Shown here: positions 14,855-28,070 of the stretch, in pieces
How the letters are laid out: each line of letters begins with the position of its first letter
How positions within the stretch are numbered: the first letter of the stretch is position 1
Assembly: GCA_002633005.1 (NCBI GenBank)
Contig: NMRA01000459.1
Span: 293,502-357,501 of the forward strand
DNA length: 64,000 nucleotides
From: Phoronis australis
Lineage: Eukaryota; Animalia; Phoronida
Direction: 5' to 3'
Program-made: the position numbers and the translations under genes
The notes under the pieces: model-generated
What the model was told of the DNA's origin: nothing
The model's database searches: none
What the model saw: the letters and a program-made list of their open reading frames with translations, nothing else

Positions 14855-14919
14855 CGTGAGCGGTGCACCATATGGGGTGGAGGGGGNTCCCCTCTTTTTT
14901 CAGTGCTGCGCCGCCCATG
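14855..14919. mobile_element. MITE family B, monomeric form
   Basis: CGTGAGCGGTGCAC...TTTTCAGTGCTGCGCCGCCCATG; contains a single N at 14887. Confidence 0.55.
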
Positions 14920-15269
14920 TTAATCATTTACTGAAAAGCCTTATGAGTCTAGTGAATCAAACGAATGCTGACCGGAATAACAGCGGATGTAACCATCGTT
15001 ATTTGGACATGCGCTGTCGTGGCACGGCGAAAGTTAATCCGGTCAGCATTCGTTTTACTCACCAGACTCGCAATGCTTTTCAGTAAGTGAGTTATCTATT
15101 GAAGACCCTGTCGGAAAGCAAATGAAAAGCCTGTTGCATAGCAACATTATTTTTCTCATTCAGTCGACGTTAACATATTCTCTTCCTTCTGCAGCCGTGA
15201 GTAGCTGTGAGCATAATCTGATATTTTACATTGTTGAATTTGATAATGTCAATTTCGCCTCGTGAGTCA

Positions 15270-15512
15270 GATGTGAGCACTTAGGGGGTTCGAGGGTCGC
15301 CATTTGGTGAAGTGGGCAAAATGGTACGACTCAGCGAAACAAACACTCCGAAATAAGTAGAAAACAAGACAAAAGTCCACTAAAAAGGCAGGAACTATCA
15401 GAATTCGGTGGATTCACAATTCATAGCACTGAACGTATCCCCTGAATCTTAGTAAAAGGAACAGATTCCCAAAACTTCGAGCCTTCCCATTTCTAGGCTG
15501 TATGCGAGCATG
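15270..15512. mobile_element. MITE family A, copy 3
   Basis: Colinear with copy 2; decayed TIRs; flanks AGTCA/TGTCA. Confidence 0.75.
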
Positions 15513-16964
15513 TGTCATATTTTGATGGCGTATCAAGAAGAGGTGCAAACCTTCAATAAACGGGACAGTTGACAAGTATGCATGGCGGTGAAGTTCATAT
15601 TGCATTTGCTAGCCCTTAAAAATCAGATCGGCAGTAGCAGTGTGACGAATCACTACGAACGTCTCCTGGAAACCCCGGACCTGAATAGCGCAGCCTTGAA
15701 AATTGCGGTTTTTGGATACCGGTATATCTACGAGCAAAGGAGAAGCGATACATTTGTCAAAATCTTAAAGCCGCATTTCGCCCTGTGAAAGCGAAAATCG
15801 AAGGGCTCTTATTCTCGTAAAACTGGTCTCGTAATGTTCTTCGCTAACAGAAGGAACATAGATACAGTACAATCAGCGACTAAAAATGCTTTAGAGTTTA
15901 TTGGGGTTGGTCATCCATTAAACTGAGAATTCGAAAAAGGCACATGGAATGCATTGCCTGTTTGTAACGGACGGAAAACCTATCACTGTAAGGAATATCG
16001 CGAAAGCCATTATATGACAGTGAAGAGCAGAATTCTATTTTCTTTTTTAGCTTACTAAACAAGGCAACAAGTAGCTTATTAGCAACTTAGAATTACTTTT
16101 GATGGATACCGCGATATTATCGTATTCTTTTGAAAGAACGCTCATGTGGAGATAACCCTGACCAGATATCTTTGAGATGCGCCGGCCAGCTAGCTTACAA
16201 AGCGATGACAGACGGCGAAGTAGCGTATGATTAGCCTCTCCTCGATCTCTTGTCTCCTCTATTCTCTCCGGTCTTGGGTCATCTGATAACCAGATCCTCT
16301 GGACGTTTTATTGATGTTTCCTTGGACCTTCAAGTAAACCTACAACAGTTAATTAAGGCTTTCTATCTTAGAACTTGATAGAATTAATGCAGGCTAAAAA
16401 CTGTCTTCAAACGAAGAATGGATTATTAAAAAGAAATCAACAAGCGGTGATTGTGTTGTAGTGGAAACATAACTGTGGCGAATATGAATGCCTGAGACGA
16501 TCCTGTTGGTGTCTAGAGACACGACCACTTGTATATTTATTTATTTTTTTGATTTCAGCACTGGCACAGCATTACATGTACATGTAAGAACTGGCACTGA
16601 AACATCTACTTGCAATTATTTTGAAACGCTCCCAAAACTTACAAATCCGGTCTAAAGCTACATTGAGCCATGTTTATCTTTATCATCACTATTGGTGTAG
16701 GACATCCTGTCTCACACTATGGAACGTCAATTGGTTTGACTTAATCTGTGATCCTCACAAAATCATGCGAAGTTTGTCAAGCTGGCAATACATCTACTCG
16801 TTTTCCATCGGATACTGTGATGCGAAGCATAATTAGGGGTAAAGCAACCGAGGATAGTGATAACCTTGAGAGGTATTGTCGTGAAGAACTGGCTTGCGAA
16901 ATGTGGAAAACGTAGCTGCGGCTGCATGCCTATAGTATGGACTAGTTTTTGTCTCAGCAGGCCA

Positions 16965-17123
16965 CAGGGGCGGATCCAGGATTTTGAGTTAGGGGGCGGG
17001 GGCAGGGCAGAGTATTAGCCAGGATTGTGTCCGTCAAACATTCTCACCCGCGAACTGCCAAATGGAATCTGGGAGAGTTTTAGTGGGGCCATGGTCCTCT
17101 TGCCCCCCCGAAATCCGACACTG
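16965..17123. mobile_element. MITE family C (TIR CAGKGRCGGAT)
   Basis: CAGGGGCGGATCC...ATCCGACACTG; exact 5-bp TSD GGCCA. Confidence 0.8.
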
Positions 17124-20100
17124 GGCCAAGTGGACACCCTCACTACACTGTTTGATCGAGATCGAAGAGTGGCGACTGGAAACTGGGAGAGGAAAGTAAC
17201 TGTTATTGACAACGGGCAAATCCTAAGGATTTAATCGGATCGGTTACAGTGCGTACTGCTAAAAGTTCTGTGAGGGAAGCGAACTTCTAAAAGTTGTCCC
17301 AAAACGATTACAATTTGGCATGAAGTACAGCTGAAAGCATTAAGCTTGTTTAACCTTTCAATGAATAATTTAAACTTACAAGTACTCTAGTCGTCATACT
17401 TTATAACGGCTTGTACTGTACGTATGTAAGTGATGCTGTCTTTTCACTTGCAATATCAGAATATACTCAATCTAACCGTCCGTGCAATGACAGAAAATGG
17501 TTTCACCCATCCCTAGATGACCAGTCGTTCGAGCACTGGACGCTACAAATAACTTCCAAAACTGGTCTGCTTCGTTTCATGACCCTGGATAACCTTTACT
17601 GTCTTTGACGGTGTAATATCATGCAAACATTTAGGCCATTTCCTGAAGCTATTTAATGTGGTTTGTACGACAGATTCTCTCTGACGCGTAGGCGTTGCAT
17701 ACTAACGATAAGGTTACGACCTAATATCTTTTCACTAATAATAACTGAACAATGAAAGCATAGCGAAGCTTGGGAATCGAAACTCAGTTGTTTATTGTTC
17801 GTACGACTTCCCGGTATGCGTTGTGTACCAGCACGTGAAGGCTCTTTTAATCAGACATTTTCAATTGTAAGCATGAACTGGTTCCCCTTTCCAAACTGGT
17901 CGATCAGGGGTTCACAAGCAGCCTGTTAGAAAAAAATCGCGTTTGCTTTGATCGTGTCAAGTTGCGGCCGGAAAGAGCAGTGTAACATAAGACAAATTGT
18001 CACAACTGCACAAACTGTGTCAATCCTCAAAGTGCCACAGCCAATAAAGGCAGATCGTCGAAACACAAACTGTTGTAATTTTTCGTTGCGACGAAGCGTA
18101 GTTTGTGGAACTGTCCCAACTTGCCGTTATCTTCAAAATGCGGTAATTTATCTGCGCGTAGATCTCATTTATTAGTACATCTCAAAATATATGATTAGAC
18201 AGAAGAATGTCTGCCAGGATCTGGTGGTCACAATGAAAAACGACAGCCAATGTGTTGAAACCGATATGACAACGGGGACTACGAAGATTAGGAAACCTTG
18301 TCGGGCAAAGCTCAAGATTACGACACAAAAGTCATTTGCGAGAGCTTGTGATCTTAACTGAAGAGCTTTACAAACAAAAGAATACTCGTAGTCAATAATT
18401 AAAGAATTACGTAGGTGTCGATATGAATATCTGTGCAGTTCAGATCGAGGGAAGCACTCCCAAAGAAGAGGCTCGCCATGCTGCTCAGTTAGACAGAAGG
18501 GTGACTACATATTCTTGACCGGTTTCCCTACGAAATGACTGCCTTTTCTGACGAATTATGTGCTAAATAGTGGATTTTTCGACAACGTTACCGCAAAACG
18601 GTTCACTTTTGGATTCCAAAACTCAACAAATGACTCCCCTTCTAACTACGGTAGTACATAACCTAGCTGCTAAAAGGCTGTTGTCAGTAGCTCCAAAACC
18701 GGTGATCATTCTAGAACAATTACCATGCGAAAATGTGACTTTTCAATGAAAGCTCACTACAAATGTGTCTCTTTTTAGTTCAACCCCTGATTAGGTGATA
18801 TTCCGCTAATTTTCCAACTGCAGCACCTACTGAAATGTGACCTCGTAGTACGCCACGGGAGCCCGAGATCATACGGGATATTGACCAAGTATTTTGTCAT
18901 GGTTTGACGTACATGTCAACCCTTTCCGGGGGTTGGCTTCTAATGAAGAGATGCCCCCCTATGGCTGTCAGTGCAGTTCAGTCGGCCGCGGCTCGGATGT
19001 GTACAGAAGATTATCAGTACGCCTACATGTTACATCCGATCAGCAAATATCATTTATTTATATTATAAAGACAATCGTACTCTGGTACATGTAATCGTAG
19101 AGATATTATTCAGGTAGTCATTCGCTGATGACTAAATTTAGGATGGGAACTTTTAAAACTATGACATTAATCGGTTGAAATGCTTACGTTTGAGTTTTTC
19201 TGGTAACTTGTAAGCCGATAGAGATGAGAGATAAATAACCACCGAGGATTATACGATTGCTCGACATTTATTTGACACTGACGAATTCGCTTTTATGGAA
19301 CAATCAGAAAATGTAAAGCTCTTAAAATACCCAACTAACAGTGAGGAACTCAGGATTTATTTTCTGTATTACTCGGTTTGTAAGTTCACTGTCGTTTGAT
19401 TTTGACCGGGATAACGCTCCTCTTGTACCTGGGATGTATAAAGAACTACACAACATGTCGAACGTCAGAAGCCCAGTCTGACTGAAAAAGTCATACAATG
19501 TAAGTTTAGAACCGCAGAGCATTGTAAGTCCACGATAATGCCACATTATACCCTGCAGGGATCAAATTTCACCTACATGTGTATATTACTCCTTCGTCGC
19601 TATTTACTCATTGTAGTTGTTCAAAAAAGGAATGTTTGTGTTAGTATTCAATTTAAGTTTGTTCAGGTTAAACGAATAATATTTGTCTAATGTTACACCG
19701 AGACTACTACTTTTTTCTCCCAAGCTGGTTGTCAAGGCGTGTCACGTATCGTCTCAGCTGAACATTTTGCCTTCTCTTCAACTTGCATATTAAAAAGCCC
19801 AAGCACTTCTAGGGTACCGGCCGGGCCATCACAGGCAACGCCTAGTCCTGTGTGTTCACTTAGTAGTCGGGTTTCGGCTATATTCATAACTCCGACTGGG
19901 CCGTTGAGTGACGTCAGAGATGATGAGTTTCGCCGGGGATGGTTTCTCATCATATTCATTGTCCCGGTATTTCTCAGCGTGCGTTGGTCTACATCATTTT
20001 GGAAGAAAACCCAACCGCCAATTTTGCAGGATTGCTTCTGTTCACCCGTTCCGTTGCTGTCAGCTTGTTAATGTTCTGTACTCGATTTTGTTAGAATTGT

Positions 20101-20249
20101 AGGCCTATAGGGGCCAAAACTACCAAGGTGTCATTTCTGTGTATTTTGAGAGGTGCTCACATCAAAATTAAAGTGTATTTGCCTACTTTTCCCGGTCAAC
20201 GAATCAAAAATACTTCATGGTGAAACTATAATATCTTTGCCTGAATTGC

Positions 20250-20970
20250 TAACTGAAAAGACGGTCGATCGGTCTCCTGTTGGCTATACTGACCATCAAA
20301 TCGTTGAAACCACTCCAGCACTGAACAAACCAGCTACGGAGCAAGGCATCACTCTTATCGTGTCGAAATGTGACCGAGTCCACATCGATAAACTACTGTA
20401 CATCAAGTCATGACTCCACTGGAGTCAAGTCCACAAAGGTCTTGCCGTCACGGTACGAAAAGTATTAAATTTGATAACGGCTTGTTTGTCTAAATTACAT
20501 GATTACTATTCACCTTCAGTTCTTATCAAGCTGGTTGATAGTATGATTCTGCCAAATATGCTATTAGGTGCAAAGATCTCTGGGTCTCAATTGTCGATTT
20601 TAGAAAGGTTCATAGCGATTTCTGCAAGGCCAAGGCTTTGCGATTAAACAAGAACACGGCAAATGTCATGGCTAGAGACGAGTGTAGTAGATGGGTCGTT
20701 TTCACGTATGGTTACTATACAACGCGTACGGACCGGACCGGGTGACGTACATGCAGTAGACGTATTCTTTTCAGAATTTCGTCAGAGATTAATTGACTGT
20801 GACGTACCAATTTGGCACTCTGCAATTAATAATTCGATTGTACTTTCAAAACGGAACTACGGTGTGAAAAATACCTCGTGTACCGGCCGCGTTTTCTCCT
20901 AGAACAGTACCTGCTCGTATATTGAGACAGGGCGGTACACAGGTCTAATCGAGGAAGAGAGCCATTTGAG
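20250..20970 (+). mobile_element. Decayed LINE fragment (RTE-X-like post-RT region)
   Basis: Frameshifted fragments LIKLVDSMILPNMLLG, VHSDFCK, LNKNTANVMARDECSR and IETGRYTG resemble LFDS.V.PIL.YG / GE.GR / IETGRY motifs of invertebrate LINEs. Confidence 0.6.
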
Positions 20971-22169
20971 GAATATCATACTGGTGAAGTTGAAAACAAG
21001 AATCAGTTCATGTGTCACTGCCGTGTCCTTGGTTGGTAATGTGCGCAAAATGTATCACTGACCTATCCTCGTTGGTTGGTAACGTGCGCAGAGATTTGTT
21101 TACGAGAGTAGTTACGTTATTTCAAAGTCAAAATCTCATGTGAAGTAAAAAGCCCAGTGTTATATATATTTCAATAGTAATTGCACTATAAGAGCTGAAA
21201 TTTTATCATTGAAAGTTGTAATGCAGGGTCCGATTTAGCGAGTACGATCAGCTCGCAAAATCATTGCGAGCTGAAATTACCAAGACAGTTAGTCGCCAGA
21301 CGAGACTGATGCGACTTCAGTTTTTCCGCGTTGCTCAACGTGACCTCAATTTACGACAATGCCGCTCCCACACTTGAAAATGGGTCAACTAACACTCACT
21401 AAGACGAACAGCAACAACCAATGAGCTATATGCATCTAGTTATATTTATCTCATTGGCAACAACAACAAAAAAAAAATCAACCCTCGGCGAAAAGCGCAC
21501 AGCGCCGGTTAACTTTTGTCGCCATCTGGCAATCTTGTTAATCCACGGGCAATTGAAAAATAACACGCTCAGCCGCCTCCTACCCAGGCGAGCGAAGGAC
21601 TCTCTAGAACTCTTGGACTTTGACGAAGAGAGATTTGAGCGTCTGTGGTTTCCTCGTTTGCTTTTCATGACAGTGGCGATGAACGAATAGGCAGCGCCAG
21701 GTTTAAATAGCAGGATTGTGCCAAATCCTGCTGCTAATGCCTAATAGGGCGTCCGGTGAGAAAATTGGGGCTTCCGGGGGATGGTGCACCGAAAGAAAAA
21801 AAAGAGAGTTGCAACAAAGAGAGAATAGCGACCTGGCAAAAACATTTTGGCAAGCCGAGGAAAAACTGATATGTGCACCCAATAATTCGCTTTTACCTTC
21901 CTACGTGTCTGGAAACATACAATATTCGTTTTCATTGTGCACCCTCACTACGGTCTGCACCTTGCCTCGGTGGTTCGTTGTCACTCATTGGGGTGTAGCC
22001 CTGCCTCCCACTCATTGCTGTAGTGGGGCGTAGGCGCACGTAGGCGCAGTCAACCACCTTTTGGCATTTGAACGTAGCGCCCACGCACCGTAAGTTACGT
22101 TCAGTGCTCAATGTGATAGAGTGGGCTTTGGGCGCCTACTTACCTTTAATTTTACCACTACAGCACCTC

Positions 22170-22667
22170 ACTTTTGGTCTCTTCTCAGTCATCTGAGTGG
22201 CTCGGCTTAGAGCAGGAAATCTCCCATTGCACTTGGAAACTGGTCGTTAAGTAAACACTCTTGTAGGTGAAAGACTTAGCTTGTGTTGTGACTCGGGTTC
22301 TGTGGAGGATGAGCTACACTTAATTTGTGTTTGATTGCTCTCTTTATAACTCACGGAGGTCTATTCTGTTTAATAATGTTTCACTTCAAATCCCGAACTT
22401 TGTAGATTTCAGTAGATTAGATACGTTAAAACTGCTATTTCAGTATTTCCCTTGGCAGTTTGTCAAATACATCGAGTCTGCTTTTGAACTTGTTGGAAAC
22501 CGACGCATTTATGATAGGTCTACATCTGAGTTAATGTGTGGTTTAAAGTGACTAATAAGCCCAACTGAGGTGGGTAGCCTACTTATCTTTCTTACGAATG
22601 TTATGCCCATAACTGTTTGATTTAATTGTACTTGTCTCTTTAATAAATAAATACTAATACTAATACT
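22170..22667 (+). mobile_element. 3' fragment of an RTE-X-like LINE with simple-repeat tail
   Basis: VARLRAGNLPLHLETGR*...ERLSLCCDSGSVEDELHLI..DCSLYN (decayed CCHC region), ending in AATAAATAA(ATACTA)3. Confidence 0.7.
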
Positions 22668-23959
22668 TCAGGGTGCAGTCTGGTGAGGATACCCCGGCCC
22701 AACCCATACCCACCCCTCACCCCCAGTTACGTTGTCGCAGTACGGAGTTACAGGCCTATCATTGTGAATCATGGACCGATAGTTCATGATAAAAAGTGCA
22801 TCGACGGAACTTCAGTCCAGCTTTATAGCAAATTTGAAATGAAAAACATAATAAATCAATTAATTTAGAATATTGTGAAAGGGGAGTCTTTGACTATTTC
22901 AGAAAAAGGACATATTTCACCAAAAAAATAATATAAATTTGAGGATTTCAATGAAAGTTAGCCCATTTATTATGAGTTGCAAATGACCGCTAACACAGGT
23001 ACATGCATGTTTGTGGGCGTGAAAGGCTTGCCAATCACGTTTTAAATCTCATGAGTATTTTGTTCATAAAGAAGTATAAAAAACGCGTTTCGAGTTGCGT
23101 AATTGTTGTAGAAATCTCCTTCAAAGTAAACTTGTTATAATTATGTGAAACATGTTAGATCTACTTTAAGATTTGTGGCAAGTTGACAAGATTCCTCAGA
23201 AATATTTCCAAGCGACGAACACATTTTCCGCATCAATTACTACACAGGAGGGCGGCAACTGTTTGTTTTGCGCCTTTATTACGCAATTAAATGTTTTTTC
23301 AAACAAGATTGCGTTTATATAAGACGTATGTGCAATGGAGAGTGAAAATGTGTCTAGTATGTTATGTTACCGTGGATATCAATTTTTGATATCATTTTTA
23401 GAACGTAGGTCCGCGTGAGTGTGATTGTTGACGGCGGATGAATCTCTGTTTCAGCAAAGATTGTTAGCGCGTACATATGTCTCAGAGCAGCTCTGTGTGT
23501 CATATGAGTGTAGACGGCGCAGCACTGAAATAAGTGGTGCTATGGGAGTAACTTGATTTCAACCAATGGGAATGACTGATGACATCTTTTTCATTACTTT
23601 AACCAATAAGAAGCCACAATTGGTAGCACTGTGAAAGAGTGTACACAATGAGCTGCACCGCAAGCATCACCTATCGGTCGTTCACGGTAGGCTACTTAAA
23701 ATTTGGCGACAGTCAAATCGGAAATGGCGAGCTGAGATTTTACCCGAGTCTCCAACTGCGAGTTGGGCGTTTTCTGAACCTCGGAAGCTGAAATGTAAAC
23801 TGTAGGCCTACTATCAGGTCTTAGCCTACGTACAATAAAATTTTTTGATTTCCTGAGTGGGATTCTGACGATACATGTATCGACCGTACTATAGTCAACC
23901 ACGGTTGAACAACTTTAAACGAGCAATCCTCATGAGAAATAGTCTATACAGCTCACTGA

Positions 23960-25800
23960 CAAGAACAAACAACACAATAATTTACAAATGAACACGGTGG
24001 CTTCTGTACTTTGGAAAAGTAAACCAAACCCAAGCTGGCCATCGTCAAAAGCTTTTTTATAATTAACAATGTAACCAACAACTCCAAAGAATGCTGGGAA
24101 ATATTATTAATAAACTCCGGGGCCATCAACAACAATATCAAGGTAATTCAACCACAACGGTGAAGTCAAGCCTCAAGTAGCAGCAATGAGTGTGAGATTT
24201 TCCTCCATTTTTTCACGAACAAAAGCCACATTACACTAACAGATGTAAGTAAACTTCCCTTTCTCCAAGAACGATGTCTCGAACAGCATGGCTCAACAAA
24301 CCGATGTCAGCAATTAAATCCATGAAATTGATCATGACTGCTTTAAAAATGAAGGCACAGTTACCAGCTTGCAGTATGACCAGAATGATTGCTATCGAGC
24401 TTTCCAAGCCTGTAACAAACCCGCGTATACATCTACTTGGAAACACGGAATTATGGTTCTTTTACCCGGAAATTTATACCAATCTTCCACCTATTTGCAA
24501 TGTCCAGGAATCATTTCTCAGCGTTTTCGCAAACAAAATAATTTGATTGACTGGCCAATTTGGATTTCTACCGGAAAACAGCACCGTGTTGAAATAAAAC
24601 ATGACATTTCAGTGACGGATTTAGGGGGGGGGGGGCATGGCCACCTAAAATTTTTCCAGATTCCACGTGGCAGTTCGGGAGTGCGAATATCTCAAGACTG
24701 GCAAAATCCTGGCTAATACTCTGCCCAGGCCCCCCTAACTCAAAATCCTGGACCTGCCCCTGGATTTATACACTTATATCGAGAAGGCTGAGAGTGTAAG
24801 GTCCATCGTTTTAGATATAGCTGCTGCTTTAGATTGAGTCCCTCATGACCATCTACTCCACAAACTTCAATCCAAAGGCACAACTGGATATCTACTAAAA
24901 TCATCACCTCTAATCTCTCTGGCCCTACATACAGTTTGAGTGCTGATTGTGTTTTTCTACATCATTCCCTTCTGGATTCGTAGACGCAGGATAACGTTTT
25001 AGAACCTTCTCTCTTCCGGATATATGTTAATGACCTTCTTAATAACCAGTGTCTTTTAGTACATACCTTTATGCAGATGACCGGGAACTATATTTGCATG
25101 TATTCATCTGCAGGAGACAGTCCTGAGATTTCGATGTAACTGCAACCCGACTTGTATAAACATAGCATTTGGTCAGACACAATAATGAAGAATAAATTTT
25201 AAACCGCGACACAAAAAGAATCTAGCTCACCTTCTCCAAATCTAATCATTCTCTTTTCTTTCTGGATTCACTCCATGTCCACAAAGCTAATGATGGAATT
25301 ATTTATAAAAAACATCTGCACAAGAAATTTGGAATGTTAGGTGAAAAACGCTCCTTTACACAACACTGGACTCGTACAAAAAATCAGAAAATAGTTGGTC
25401 CACTTAGCTTGCCTCTACCATTTGAACTCTTGGTATGTAGAAATCGTATGTACTCTCACACCTCTATCATTGTGTTGTTCCAGTACACCAGGGTGCGCTT
25501 CTGCAACTGGAGAATCTACTGTACAATGTCACGTTTTCTTACTCGCAACAGGAGCTTAAGAGGATTTAATAGCTTCAAGGTTTTTTAAATAGTCTCAACT
25601 GACCGAAACTGTCTAGTCGAGACAATCTTCACCTGTGTGTTTTGTATTTCGTATGCATTAAATATTGATCATTTTAAAAATTAACATTCTTTGTTCGTAC
25701 CAGAGATCAATACAAGATCATTTGTACGCTGTATAAACCATCCAAGCTTTTAGGCTTGCCTGTCCAAATAGCCTGGTACCAAAATATAAAAGCAAAATTA
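23960..25800 (+). mobile_element. Highly decayed CR1/L2-group LINE (RT region)
   Basis: Fragments WKHGIMV, IVLDIAAALD*VPHDHLLHKLQSKG, QDNVLEPSLFRIYVNDL and TYLYADD (about 25062-25081). Interrupted by a MITE at 24610-24762. Boundaries approximate. Confidence 0.75.
24610..24762. mobile_element. MITE family C, second copy inside the CR1/L2 fossil
   Basis: Reverse-complement homologue of 16965-17123 (AATCCTGGCTAATACTCTGCCC...CCCCCTAACTCAAAATCCTGGA); flanks CATTT/GATTT. Confidence 0.78.
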
Positions 25801-25867
25801 TTCATCCTAACATTTATACGAATTCACAGAGTAATCAATACTTGAAGAGGAGTTAGCGCAAATGGAA

Positions 25868-28070
25868 ACTAGAAAGATTATTGCCACGGCGAGACAATAA
25901 CGGACTCTGCGCGTGCGTATTACTGGAATTTTTATGGGAAGTTACTGACAGCAACCCGTTTACCAATATGAAAAGGAATTCTTTAAAATTGTAGAAGAAA
26001 TTACATATTAATTTTTTGATGACCTTTCCACTAATTGACCTCTTCCGGTGCGTTATGAGCCCCGATGAGGGAGTAATTGTTAACTCGATTAAAAGTGTGG
26101 TTAATGCTAAAAATCACAGATGTTTTACTTTAAGCACTTCAGAGTACAAGATGAATGAGTTGGTCAAACTTTCAGAAGAAAAATTCACCTAATGACACCA
26201 TGGGTGCACAAGATGACCTGAAAATTTAGAATTCAAACTCAATCGCACTTAGTAAACAGATATGTAATTTTGAAGTCTCTAGCTCAATTTGAAATGTCTA
26301 GCTCAAAATTTTAGTTTGCACCTAATGACCTTTGACCTATTTCACCTGATGGGATGACCCGAGTACTTAGAAAAGTAATTTTTTAAATTGCCTTATTGAC
26401 TTATACCTGTGCACCGAATTTGAAATGAAGAAGGAGTAACATTTTGAAAATTACATGACCTTTGCACCAAATGACCTCTCCCGGTGCAATATGGATTATG
26501 ATTATATAACGAATCAAAATTTATGTACTGCCGAAATATACATGCAGAATTTAAAGAACATACCTGCACCCATTTTGGAGTTATTATGCCTCAAAGTTGG
26601 TCGGAAGAAGAATAAGAAGAACTAGAAAGAATATTGTCACGGCGTGACAATAACGGACTCTGTGCGTGCGTATTACTGGAATTATTATGGGAAGTTACTG
26701 ACAGCAACCCGTTTACCAATATGAAAAGGAATTCTTTAAAATTGTAGGAGAAATTACAAATTAATATTTTGATGACCTTTCCACTAATTGACCTCTTCCG
26801 GTGCATTATGAGACCCGATGAGGGAGTAACTGTTAACTCGATTAAAAGTGTGGTTAATGCTAATAATCACAGATGTTTTACTTTAAGCACTTCAGAATAC
26901 AAGATGAATGAATTGGTCAAACTTTCAGAAGAAAAATACACTTAATGACTCCATGGGTGCACCAAATGACCTGAAAATTTAGAATTCAAGCTCAATCGCA
27001 CTTAGTAAACAGATACGTAATTCTGAAGTATCTAGCTCAAAATTTTAGTTTGCACTCAATGACCTTTGTCCTATTTTTCTGATTGGTTAGGCCTATTGCG
27101 AAGTACACTGTAAAGTAGGGTATTCACTTGGCATGTTGACTTACACCAGTGTGCTGGAATTGAAAAGAATTCCTTGAAAAACGTAAGAGATATAACATTT
27201 TGAACGTTACATGACCTTTGCTCTAATTGACCTGATCCGGTGTATTTTAAGCATCTTTAGGAGAATTATTGCAAAGCCAATGGAAAATGTGTTTAACGCT
27301 GAGAATCACAGTTGTCTAACGGTTACACATCAGAATACTTGCTGATTGGAAAGGTCAAATTTTCAGAAGAAAAATGCACCTAATGACCCCATGTTTGCAC
27401 TAAATGACCTGAAACTTTGGATTCCGATTTGATTTACCTGTGGCTATCAGACCAGTCAATTTGAAGTGTCTAGCTCAAAATTTTAGTTTGCAACTAATGA
27501 CCTTTGACCTATTTCACCTGATTGGATGACCCGATTACTTAGAAAAGTAATTTTTAAATTGTCATGTTGACATATACCTGTGCACCGAATTTGAAAAAGA
27601 TAGCTTTTAAAATAAAGAAGGAGTAGCATTTTGAAAATTACATAACCTTTGCACCAAATGACCTCTTCCGGTGCATTATTGAATATGAATATATAACGAA
27701 TCAAAATTGTTATACTGCCTAAAATCATATGTTAAATTTGAAAAACATACCTGCAACCATTTTGGAGTTATTAAGTGTCAAAGTTGGTCGGAAGAAGAAT
27801 AAGAAGAATAAGAGTAAAATTGAAGAAAACCCAGGAACAACAGAACTCTGCGCTTACACGCGCAGAGTAATAAGAATAAAATTGAAGAAAACCCAGGAAC
27901 AACAGTACTCTGCGCTTACACGCGCAGAGTAATAAGAATAAGAAGAATAAGAAGAATAAAATTGAAGAAAACCCAAGAACAACAGTACTCGGCGCTTACA
28001 CGCGCAGAGTAATAAAATTGAAGAAAACCCAAGAACAACAGTACTCTGCGCTTACAAGCGCAGAGTAATA
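25868..28070 (+). mobile_element. Non-autonomous Helentron (HINE/DINE-1-like) cluster: two 5' ends, internal tandem array, four 3' hairpins
   Basis: 5' ends ACTAGAAAG at 25868 and 26621, with stem ATTGTCAC-ggc-GTGACAAT and subterminal ACTCTGYGCG. Internal TGACC-rich repeats of about 435-bp period, an AAG/AAT microsatellite, and the 3' palindrome ACTCTGCGC-ttacac-GCGCAGAGT four times. Confidence 0.75.

Noticed and set aside
15175-15205. Strong acceptor followed 2 nt later by GTGAGT (possible micro-exon or recursive splice site)
   Set aside because: No host gene is known to span this position, so it is plausibly chance.
21426-21668. Basic Ser/Arg-rich minus-strand ORF MKSKRGNHRRS...
   Set aside because: Short, with no domain and no downstream exon chain found.
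27816-28070. CRISPR-like array of palindromic repeats
   Set aside because: The intervening sequences are themselves repeated, with no unique spacers. There are no cas genes, the context is eukaryotic, and HINE 3' ends explain the pattern.
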